Positions 45,606 through 53,746 of a stretch of DNA of 64,000 nucleotides are shown here, piece after piece. The DNA lies in IMG/VR virus record IMGVR_UViG_3300022723_000184, positions 1-64,000 of that record, one strand, 5' to 3'. The DNA is from a virus (Duplodnaviria > Caudoviricetes). The translations under genes were made by a program, and so were the position numbers. Position 1 is the first letter of the stretch, and each line of letters starts with the position of its first letter. The notes under the pieces are model-generated. The model was not told where the DNA came from and ran no database searches. It saw only the letters and a program-made list of their open reading frames with translations.

Positions 45606-45868
45606 TCGTCGAAATCATCAGCGACGGCAAACCGCTACGCATCCCGGCGAGTCAGTTGGTCGTCTTTGACGACAACGGCACGCCGATTTGCGTTGCGGGC
45701 GAGTACGGGCCGGACGGTGCGTACAAGGTCTCGCACGCGGCCGACGAAGACTTCAACCAAAGCCTGCGTGCCTTCGGGGTTGGAAGGCACCAGGTCGTCA
45801 CAGATTTCCTAGAGCCACCTCCCGTTCCCGGCGGGGCGAGGCCGCTTACAGGACCATCGAAAGGATGA
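45602..45868 (+). CDS. Hypothetical protein
   Basis: GTGA overlap; coherent 88-aa ORF. Confidence 0.7.
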   Translation: MIVEIISDGKPLRIPASQLVVFDDNGTPICVAGEYGPDGAYKVSHAADEDFNQSLRAFGVGRHQVVTDFLEPPPVPGGARPLTGPSKG

Positions 45869-46794
45869 GCGTCATGTCCGATCACCCCAAGAACACGAAC
45901 CACATCTACGGCAGCAACAACAAATCGGTCGTCGACAACCGGCATGGTGACCGAAAGGGCAGACCGGGTCAGCCATTGAAAGCGAACCCGAGTTACCTAA
46001 CGAACAAGGACAACCCGTCGGCCGACAAGTACTACCGCAACCCGACGGAGGGCGGCCAGGAGGTGGCCCCGAACTCCAACGTTTCGACCAGCTCTTACCT
46101 CCACCCGCAGAGCACGGCTCCCCTCTCGCTCACGAACGAAGCGGACATGGGCGGGGTCTTCGACCTGATCCTCGGCCGCCTGCGTTCGGGCCAGGCCAAG
46201 GTGATCGTCCAGGTGACCGACGCCAACCTGGAGCGGCGTCTCGACGCCCGCCTCGACATGGCCCAGGCCCGCCAGCAAATTGACAACCGACAGCGTGCCG
46301 CCGTCCAGATCGGGCGCCCCGCTGCCTTGTCCGCGGCTACCGTGGCCGCCCCGACGCCCACCCCGACCACCGAGCGTCAGGCCGACGACGACCTGGCGTC
46401 CGACATCGACCCGGAGGCCTACGTGAACGGCGAGCTGCCCGAAGACGCGATCGACACCAACGCCTCGGCCGTGGCCGTCATCGAGGGCCCGGAGGCAGGC
46501 ACCGACGAGGGCGAGGACCTGGGCGAGGAGCCCGGGCCCGAGGGCGAGCCCGGCGAACCGCAGGCCTCGGACGGGGACGGCGGGGACGATGACGACGATG
46601 ACGACGACGGCGATGACGGGGACGACGATGACGACGAGGAGGAGGATGACGACGATGGCGAAGAAGAAGCTCCGGAAGGCGAGGAAGACGAAGAGGACGA
46701 GTTCGGCGACGTGCTAGACGACGTCGAAGAAGAACTCGACGACGACCTGGCGGACCTCGACGAAGAGCCCGAGTCTCATCTTCCAAGCCGATGA
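45865..46794 (+). CDS. Protein with very acidic low-complexity C-terminus
   Basis: D/E tract from about 46560 to 46770; ends SHLPSR inside repeat copy 3. Confidence 0.75.
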   Translation: MSVMSDHPKNTNHIYGSNNKSVVDNRHGDRKGRPGQPLKANPSYLTNKDNPSADKYYRNPTEGGQEVAPNSNVSTSSYLHPQSTAPLSLTNEADMGGVFDLILGRLRSGQAKVIVQVTDANLERRLDARLDMAQARQQIDNRQRAAVQIGRPAALSAATVAAPTPTPTTERQADDDLASDIDPEAYVNGELPEDAIDTNASAVAVIEGPEAGTDEGEDLGEEPGPEGEPGEPQASDGDGGDDDDDDDDGDDGDDDDDEEEDDDDGEEEAPEGEEDEEDEFGDVLDDVEEELDDDLADLDEEPESHLPSR

Positions 46795-46840
46795 GCAGGC
46801 ATTGCGCCCGGTCAGTATAACTTCAAAAGTACTTTTTGAA
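46773..46840 (+). repeat. Hairpin/promoter-like element, copy 3, plus AAAAGTACTTTT palindrome
   Basis: GTCTCATCTTCCAAGCCGATGAGCAGGCATTGCGCCCGGTCAGTATAACTTCAAAAGTACTTTTTGAA, directly upstream of the beta'-C gene. Confidence 0.85.
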
Positions 46841-46857
46841 TCGGGGCACGGAGGCCC

Positions 46858-49800
46858 ATGAAGGCGACGGTCGGTCAACTTCTGGTGAACGACGCACTCC
46901 CGGAGGACATGCGGGACTACCAAATGGTCCTCGACAAAAAGGGTGTGCGGAATCTCATGGCCGACCTGGCCCGTAAGCACCCGGAGGATTACCGGGAGGT
47001 CAGCCACAAGCTCTCACAGATCGGTTGGCGTTCGGCCCAGGAATCCGGCGGCTACAGCTTCGGCTTGGAGCACATGCTCAAAAGCAAGACCGGCCGAGAG
47101 ACCCGCCAACGCATCCAGAAAAAGATCAACGAGATCCTCGCCGACGACCGGCTCACCGACGAGCAGCGTGAGCAGCTGATCCTCAAGCACATCGGCAAGG
47201 AACGCGAGGCCATGCAGTCGGGGATCTTCGACGAGGCCCGCGCCGCGAAGAACCCGCTGGCCATGCAGGTGTTGGGCTCGGGCCGCGGCAACCCGATGAA
47301 CCTGTCGAGCCTGTTGGGCTCGGACCTGCTGTACACCGACCAGCGTGACCGGCTGATTCCGATCCCCGTGCTCCGCAGTTACAGCGAGGGCCTGAGCCCC
47401 GCCGAGTACTGGGCCGGGACCTACGGCGCCCGCAAGGGCGTGATGTGTTTGGCTAAAGGAACTCAGGTGCTGATGGCCGATTACACGGACAAGCCGATCG
47501 AGAAGGTGAAACCTGGTGACTGGGTGATGGGATCTGATCGTCAAGGGCGGATGACGCCTGTGAGGGTTATCCGTCGTTACTACAACGGTGTGCAGCCTTG
47601 CTACCGCTACCGATTTCGCAAAAATAGTTGCCGTTTGCCGTCCTCGCATCGAACACTCGTGGCGACCGAAAAGCATAAGGTCCTTGCCACCGTAAAAGCC
47701 GGACGACCCGGTTCAACCTATGCACACCGGTCAATCTACGTCCCGACACCATTACCGCTTGAAGCGGCGCGTCTGCTTAAAAATCCAGTAAAGAATGAAT
47801 ACGTGGCGACGCCGGCGGCCGGGGAGGCGGGCGAGCAGTCCCGAGTGCGAGAACCGTCGGCCTTGTTGTATGGGTTGATGCTCGGCGACGGGTGTATGGC
47901 AGAATCGACCCGTGGGCGGTATTTGTTGTCGTGCAATGACCCGCTCCTTTTGGACGACCTGCGTGAGTACATCTCATTGTTCGACGTGTTTTTGGACAAA
48001 GCAGGCGGTGATAATTACAACTATACGCTGGCGGGCGATGGGGGGGCTGCGGTTGCGGTCGATTTGAAGACGCGTCTCGGCGAGAAATTGGCCCACGATA
48101 AGGAGCTTCCAGAGGGTTGTTTCGCATGGGACGATGTTTCGGTTGGTCAGTTGCTCGGAGGATTGTTTTCCACCGACGGCTCGATTACTGGCCGAAACGG
48201 TAACGCAACAATTAAGTTGACACTTTCTTCCCGGCGTATGGTGGAACAAGTGCAACGACTGTTGGAACTCCGGTTGGGTATATGGTCCGGCGGGCTGATC
48301 TTCACAGCTAAAGAAAAGAAGAAGAACGCAACGCACGACCAATGGGGTTTTGCGGTGTCACACGCTGCGTCGGTTGCCAGGTTTTTCGCGCGGGTCCCCT
48401 TGTACGGCAAGAAGAGGGTTCAGGCGAAGCGTATCGCGGCTACCATGAAACCGGACCACTCAAACGGGTCACCGGGGTTTAAGATCTACGATCGAGAACC
48501 GGCTGGCGAAATTGCTACATATGATTTGGAGGTTGATCACCCAGACCACCTGTTTGTGCTTTCTAGCGGCCTGGTCGTGTCCAACAGCACGAAGTTCGCC
48601 ACCCAGGAGGCGGGCTTCCTCTCTAAGCAGCTCAACCAGATGGGCCACCGCCTGGTGGTCACAGATGAGGACGGGGACGGCGAGCCCGATTCGCTCCGCG
48701 GCCTGCCGGTGGATGTCGACGACCCGGACTCCGCGGGAAGCCTGCTGGCCCACGACGCCGGCGGCTACAAGCGGAATACGGTGATCACGCCCAAGATCCT
48801 GCACAACCTTCGCCGCCAAGGTCTCAAGCGGATACTGGTCCGCAGCCCCACGGTCGGTGGTAGCCCTGAGGGTGGTATCTACAGCCGTGACGCCGGCGTC
48901 CGCGAGAAGGGCGGGCTCCCGGGTCGCGGCGAGAACATCGGCCTGGCCGCTGCCCAGGCGTTGTGTTTGTCTGGAGGGACGAGAGTCCAGATGGCCAACG
49001 GAGAGGTCAAAGCGGTGGAGGACGTTAAGCCCGGAGATGTAGTTCTGGGATGCAGTGTCGACGGGGTGTTGCGGCCTGTTCCTGTGCTTGACGCTTGTTT
49101 CAGCGGCATTAAATCGTGTGTGAAGGCCCTGTTCAGGCGGGGCACGGGTAAGGCCGCCAAAGACAATCTGCTAGAGCTGGTCGCGACTCCAGAGCACAAA
49201 ATACTCTCCGAGATTGTTGTTCGTTCGGGTAGGGGTTCGGTAAAACGTGTTCCTTACTTCGATCCGGTTGCCGTTCGCCCGCTCGGAACCAAAATCCCAC
49301 ATGAAAAGCGATCAGGGGGCGATCGGTTCTGCGCTAAACTGGCGTCGTCCTTTGACGATACCGGGCTTGGTGTTCAACCTTTAGCTTTTCTTTTGGGTCT
49401 GGTAATCGGTGATGGTTGCTATAGCGGATCAGCGAACTGCGTAGGGTTCAGCTGTTATGATCCGGTGCTCGCCGCTGACGTCGGTGCGTATCTCAAGCCG
49501 TTGAACTTCGAGATCAAAAACAACACGGATAACGAGTACCGCGTTGTCGATACAACGCACCGCCAAGTGAAGCGACGCGAAGATGGTAGCTGGTATCGCA
49601 GCCGTCTTATTGAGCTGCTTCGTGTCGAGGGAATGTTCGGGCAGACGAGCAGTATTAAGACTTTGCCGAAGTCCGTGCACTCGTGGGATAACGCGTCTGT
49701 GGCTGCGCTGATCGCCGGTCTGCTCGTAACGGACGGGTACGTGATATCGACGGGCGGTTTGGGGTTCGGATCGAACTCTAAGTGCTTGCTGGATGGCGTT

Positions 49801-52800
49801 CGGCAGCTTCTAGGGTTGCGGTGGGGCGTCTGGGGTTCGTCGGTTATATCTTCCACGAAGAAGCGTGCTGATGGTGATGAGTACGCCCCTAACTGGCGGT
49901 TTACGGTTAATCGCAGAGACGATGTTAATCTTCTTCGTTCTATTCTTCCTGTCGCTGGCGTGAAACGTGGTCGGCTAGACTCGCTGTTATCGAAGTGGAA
50001 CTCGAAACGGCGTTCGGCAAGAGGCGCGCCTAGAGTCAAGGGTCGGTGTACTCGTATTTCATTGGAACGGGTCGGCGAGTTGCCGACATACGACCTGTAC
50101 ATCGCACACCCTGATCACCTTTTCGTGTTGGCCAACGGACTGGTTGTTTCCAACTCCGAGCCCCTGAGTCAGGCTCAGCTTTGCCTTGCAGCAGGGACTC
50201 TAGTGCGGATGGCCGACTGGACGGTGAAACGGATCGAGCAGGTCCGGGCTGACGAACAAATCATGGGAGCCGACAAATCCGGGCGGCTGTTTCCGGTGCG
50301 CGTTGTCCGGGTCTACGACAACGGAGAGCGGGAGTGTGTTCGGACGGTATTCCGGGAAGCCAAAACGAAGCAACACGTCGATCTGGTCAGCACCGGAGAC
50401 CACAAACTCTTGTCCAAGACAAGGCATTGGGCGATACCGTCCGAGCGAGTGGAACACGGCGTGTTTCCGGTCGCCCGGAAATGTGTTGGCTACTCGGCCA
50501 AGATGCCGTTCGCGGTCGTAAACGATCACGGCTGTGCAGAACCGTTTGCCGGCCTGTGCGGTCTGCTGCTGGGTGATGGAGGGTATACTGTCAGCGTTCA
50601 CGGGGTTCACTGGTCTTGTTTCGAGCCGGACCTGGTGGAAGAGATGCAGCCTTACCTGGCAGGACTGGGTTTGAAGGCTACGAAGCTCCAAGGGCACGAA
50701 GGGCACGAAGGCTATTACCGAATCAGCCAGGTCGAAGACGCGATTCGGCAAGACCCGGAGACCGGACGAGTGCTGCCCGGAGACCGTAATCCGGCACTGA
50801 TCTGGTTGAAGCAGCACCGGATGTACGGCAAGTACGCACACGAGAAAGAGATTCCCGAGGAGATTTGGAGTTGGGACCAAAACTCGGTTGCACGATTGCT
50901 GGGCTGCCTGTTTGCGACAGACGGTAGCGTTTATCCGCCGACGCAGCGACCCGATGAACTCTATATCAACTTCAGCTCAACTTCTTTGGAGCTTGCGAAG
51001 CAGGTCAAGGAACTAATTCAGGTCCGCTTTGCGATTCATAGCTCGTCGATCGGAAGCCACAAGGGAAAACGCAAGCGGAAGCTTTATTCGTTCACGATCA
51101 CCCGCAAAGAACAGGTCAGACGGTTCGCGTCTCGGATCGCGGTTCCGGCGCGTAAAGGACAGATGCTGGCCGACTATCTGCCAAAACTCCAGGAAGACGA
51201 GTCCACCGAGTATTTCCATCGCCAGCGGCAGGAACCCGTGGGCACGGTTGCGACATACGATCTCGAAGTCGACCATCCGGACCATCTTTTCGTGCTGGCC
51301 AACGGTCTGATTGTTTCTAACTCGGCCAAGCACTCGGGCGGCGTGGCCGGCAGCGAGAAGGCGGTCTCCGGGTTCGACTACATCAACCAGCTGATCCAGG
51401 TGCCCAAGAAGTTCAAGGGTGGTGCGGCCCATGCCCAGGTCGACGGCATCGTGAGCCGGATCGAAGAGGCTCCGGCCGGTGGCAAGTACGTCGTGATCAA
51501 TAACGAGAAGCACTACGTCGGTCCGGACTTCTCGTTGAAGGTTAAGCGAGGCGACGAGATTGAGGCGGGCGACGTCCTGAGCGAGGGCATCCCGAACCCG
51601 TCGGAGGTCGTGCGCCACAAGGGCGTTGGCGAAGGTCGGCGGTACTTCACCCAGGCCTTCCGCCAGGCGATGCATGAAGCTGGGATACACGCCAGCCGCC
51701 GCAACGTGGAACTGTTGGGTCGGGGCCTGATCGACCATGTGCGGATGACGGATGAGTACGATCAGTACGTCCCGGACGATGTGGTACCCTACAGTGCACT
51801 GGAGCACCGGTGGCAACCCCGGGAAGGGAGCCGCCGGGTCCCGTACAAGCAGGCGGTTGGCAAGTACCTGGAGCGTCCGGTCCTCCACTACACGATCGGC
51901 ACGAAGATCCGGAAATCGATGCTCAAGGACTTCGAGGACTTCGGGGTCGAGGAGCTGGAGACCCATGACGAGCCGCCGCCGTTCGAGCCCGAGATGATCC
52001 GGGGCATGTACTCGGTCCAACACGATCCCGACTGGATGACCAGGATGTACGGCTCAGGCCAGAAGAAGAGCTTGCTGAGTGCCGTGCACCGTGGCGGGAC
52101 CAGTGACGAGCTGGGCACCTCGTTCGTCCCGGGCCTGGCCCGTGGCGTCGACTTCGGCCGGCAGGGCCTGGTCACGCCGCCCGCCCCACCCCAGAAGATG
52201 GGCAGCGACATGCAGAAGGAAGCGGAGGGCATGTGGGGAACCGGGGCCATCCCGGGCTCACCCAACTTCAACCTGCAGCAGCAGGCCCGCCAGTCGTACA
52301 ACGTCGGCAACAGCATGCTCAGCAGTATGCGTGGCGGCGGTGGCGTGGGTCCGGCAACGGCCGGCGACGCCAACCGGTTCCGACAGTACCTCTCGTCTTT
52401 CGCCGCTGCCCCCGGCCCCACCGGGGCACCTGCCGGTCAGGCTGCTGCGTCCGTGGCCCGCCCGGCGGCTGCTACGGCCGGCAGTGCCGCGACCGGCAAC
52501 GGCCTGACCACCGCCGACTGGCACGCGTGGAGTGCTGGACCGATGGGGGCGGGCGCCGCGACCAAGGCCGGGACCCGTCCGCTGGCCGCTGCTGCCCTGC
52601 GGTACGCACCGGCCGTGGCCAAGGCCCCGGGCATCCGCAACCTGGTGGGCGCTATGGCCCGGCCCTCGGCCGCCGCCCAGGCGTTGAGCGGGGTGAAGCC
52701 GCAGATGCCGGGCACCGTCTCGAAGTGGCTGCGGCCCGGCTACCACCAGTACGCGACCAAGGTCCTGGGTCAGTCCCACAACCTGGCTCAGGGTGCCGGC

Positions 52801-53604
52801 AAGTTCGGGCGGTTCGCGGGCAAGGCTGGGCGACTCGCTGGTCCGTTGGGCCTGGCGGTCGCCCCGCTGGAGTTCGGGATCCGTGGCGGCAGCGAGCTTT
52901 ACGACATGGCCACGGGTCAGGACACCTTCGGGAACATGGTCGACCAGCGGCTGCGGGACGCTGGCAACTGGCAGGGGCCGACGGGTTATGCGGGCGCCGT
53001 GCTCAACACACCGTTCAGTCCGTCGAGCGTGGCGGCCTTGGGCAAAGCCAAATACGACCTGGCGATGGCCCCCATCCAATCGTTTGCCCAACGACGCCAA
53101 TCGCTGGCCGCGGGCAACCGGCTCAACGAGCAGCTGGCCGAGAACCGCGAGGCGGCGGGTGGCGTCGACGAGCTGCTGCAGCACGCTCCGAAGGACATCG
53201 CCAGCCGGTACGCCCGGAAATACGTGGACGACACGCCCTGGTACGGTCTGGGCGGGTTCAATCCGTTCGTGAACGATCAGGGCCGCATGACGTGGGTCGA
53301 CAAGGGGACCGGCGAGGAAGCTGGTTCCGGGGCCATGCAGGCGATCGAGCAGGTCAAACAGCAGAACCAAGATCGTGAAGCGGCACAGGAGGCCGCGAGG
53401 TACGCGAGGCAAAAACCGCAGCAGGCCGCGGTGGTCCAGGCGAAACCGGCTGCTCCGGCACCCGCTCAAGAGGCCCGTGCGGCGTCGCTCCTCGGCAACC
53501 CGATCTACCGACAAGTGCTCAGCCAGGTCAGCGCCCAGAGCCCGGAAATGGGAGCGATGCTCCTGCTGTCAGGTGCCGATCCGTCTCATCTTATGGGCCG
53601 ATGA
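46858..53604 (+). CDS. rpoC: RNAP beta' C-terminal part with 3 inteins and a ~460-aa non-RNAP C-terminal extension
   Basis: ATVGQLLVN, GARKGVM|STKFATQEAGFLSKQL (bridge helix), IGLAAAQAL|SEPLSQAQL|SAKHSGG (trigger loop). A Gly/Ala-rich tail follows QKEAE. Confidence 0.92.
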   Translation: MKATVGQLLVNDALPEDMRDYQMVLDKKGVRNLMADLARKHPEDYREVSHKLSQIGWRSAQESGGYSFGLEHMLKSKTGRETRQRIQKKINEILADDRLTDEQREQLILKHIGKEREAMQSGIFDEARAAKNPLAMQVLGSGRGNPMNLSSLLGSDLLYTDQRDRLIPIPVLRSYSEGLSPAEYWAGTYGARKGVMCLAKGTQVLMADYTDKPIEKVKPGDWVMGSDRQGRMTPVRVIRRYYNGVQPCYRYRFRKNSCRLPSSHRTLVATEKHKVLATVKAGRPGSTYAHRSIYVPTPLPLEAARLLKNPVKNEYVATPAAGEAGEQSRVREPSALLYGLMLGDGCMAESTRGRYLLSCNDPLLLDDLREYISLFDVFLDKAGGDNYNYTLAGDGGAAVAVDLKTRLGEKLAHDKELPEGCFAWDDVSVGQLLGGLFSTDGSITGRNGNATIKLTLSSRRMVEQVQRLLELRLGIWSGGLIFTAKEKKKNATHDQWGFAVSHAASVARFFARVPLYGKKRVQAKRIAATMKPDHSNGSPGFKIYDREPAGEIATYDLEVDHPDHLFVLSSGLVVSNSTKFATQEAGFLSKQLNQMGHRLVVTDEDGDGEPDSLRGLPVDVDDPDSAGSLLAHDAGGYKRNTVITPKILHNLRRQGLKRILVRSPTVGGSPEGGIYSRDAGVREKGGLPGRGENIGLAAAQALCLSGGTRVQMANGEVKAVEDVKPGDVVLGCSVDGVLRPVPVLDACFSGIKSCVKALFRRGTGKAAKDNLLELVATPEHKILSEIVVRSGRGSVKRVPYFDPVAVRPLGTKIPHEKRSGGDRFCAKLASSFDDTGLGVQPLAFLLGLVIGDGCYSGSANCVGFSCYDPVLAADVGAYLKPLNFEIKNNTDNEYRVVDTTHRQVKRREDGSWYRSRLIELLRVEGMFGQTSSIKTLPKSVHSWDNASVAALIAGLLVTDGYVISTGGLGFGSNSKCLLDGVRQLLGLRWGVWGSSVISSTKKRADGDEYAPNWRFTVNRRDDVNLLRSILPVAGVKRGRLDSLLSKWNSKRRSARGAPRVKGRCTRISLERVGELPTYDLYIAHPDHLFVLANGLVVSNSEPLSQAQLCLAAGTLVRMADWTVKRIEQVRADEQIMGADKSGRLFPVRVVRVYDNGERECVRTVFREAKTKQHVDLVSTGDHKLLSKTRHWAIPSERVEHGVFPVARKCVGYSAKMPFAVVNDHGCAEPFAGLCGLLLGDGGYTVSVHGVHWSCFEPDLVEEMQPYLAGLGLKATKLQGHEGHEGYYRISQVEDAIRQDPETGRVLPGDRNPALIWLKQHRMYGKYAHEKEIPEEIWSWDQNSVARLLGCLFATDGSVYPPTQRPDELYINFSSTSLELAKQVKELIQVRFAIHSSSIGSHKGKRKRKLYSFTITRKEQVRRFASRIAVPARKGQMLADYLPKLQEDESTEYFHRQRQEPVGTVATYDLEVDHPDHLFVLANGLIVSNSAKHSGGVAGSEKAVSGFDYINQLIQVPKKFKGGAAHAQVDGIVSRIEEAPAGGKYVVINNEKHYVGPDFSLKVKRGDEIEAGDVLSEGIPNPSEVVRHKGVGEGRRYFTQAFRQAMHEAGIHASRRNVELLGRGLIDHVRMTDEYDQYVPDDVVPYSALEHRWQPREGSRRVPYKQAVGKYLERPVLHYTIGTKIRKSMLKDFEDFGVEELETHDEPPPFEPEMIRGMYSVQHDPDWMTRMYGSGQKKSLLSAVHRGGTSDELGTSFVPGLARGVDFGRQGLVTPPAPPQKMGSDMQKEAEGMWGTGAIPGSPNFNLQQQARQSYNVGNSMLSSMRGGGGVGPATAGDANRFRQYLSSFAAAPGPTGAPAGQAAASVARPAAATAGSAATGNGLTTADWHAWSAGPMGAGAATKAGTRPLAAAALRYAPAVAKAPGIRNLVGAMARPSAAAQALSGVKPQMPGTVSKWLRPGYHQYATKVLGQSHNLAQGAGKFGRFAGKAGRLAGPLGLAVAPLEFGIRGGSELYDMATGQDTFGNMVDQRLRDAGNWQGPTGYAGAVLNTPFSPSSVAALGKAKYDLAMAPIQSFAQRRQSLAAGNRLNEQLAENREAAGGVDELLQHAPKDIASRYARKYVDDTPWYGLGGFNPFVNDQGRMTWVDKGTGEEAGSGAMQAIEQVKQQNQDREAAQEAARYARQKPQQAAVVQAKPAAPAPAQEARAASLLGNPIYRQVLSQVSAQSPEMGAMLLLSGADPSHLMGR
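47446..48585 (+). mobile_element. Intein beta'-1 (LAGLIDADG, 380 aa)
   Basis: CLAKGTQV...TEKH; MLGDG and FSTDG; ends DHPDHLFVLSSGLVVSN before Ser. Confidence 0.9.
48964..50154 (+). mobile_element. Intein beta'-2 (LAGLIDADG, 397 aa)
   Basis: CLSGGTRV...TPEH; VIGDG and LVTDG; ends HPDHLFVLANGLVVSN before Ser. Confidence 0.9.
50182..51321 (+). mobile_element. Intein beta'-3 (LAGLIDADG, 380 aa)
   Basis: CLAAGTLV...TGDH; LLGDG and FATDG; ends DHPDHLFVLANGLIVSN before Ser. Confidence 0.9.
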
Positions 53605-53654
53605 GCAGGCATTGCGATCTCGGTCAGTGTACCCTCAAAAGCACTTTCGAAAAG
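53583..53654 (+). repeat. Hairpin/promoter-like element, copy 4 (diverged)
   Basis: GTCTCATCTTATGGGCCGATGAGCAGGCATTGCGATCTCGGTCAGTGTACCCTCAAAAGCACTTTCGAAAAG. Stem arms intact, loop changed. Confidence 0.8.
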
Positions 53655-53686
53655 ACGTATGCCGACGCAAAGCCCCGAAGTAGAGC

Positions 53687-53716
53687 TTGGCAATCGTTTC
53701 AGAGCGGGTTTATAAT
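53687..53716 (+). promoter_or_regulatory. Sigma70-like promoter
   Basis: TTGGCA-N18-TATAAT upstream of the AGGAG RBS and ATG at 53747. Confidence 0.6.
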
Positions 53717-53746
53717 CGCTGAGACGGACAAAATCAGGAGAGCGGC

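Noticed and set aside
46560-46770. GAC/GAG microsatellite as a non-coding repeat
   Set aside because: It is the in-frame Asp/Glu tract of ORF 45865..46794.
33809-53604. Cellular rpoB-rpoC operon
   Set aside because: No flanking ribosomal protein genes, highly divergent and shortened subunits, and a context of phage head protease and small phage-type genes.
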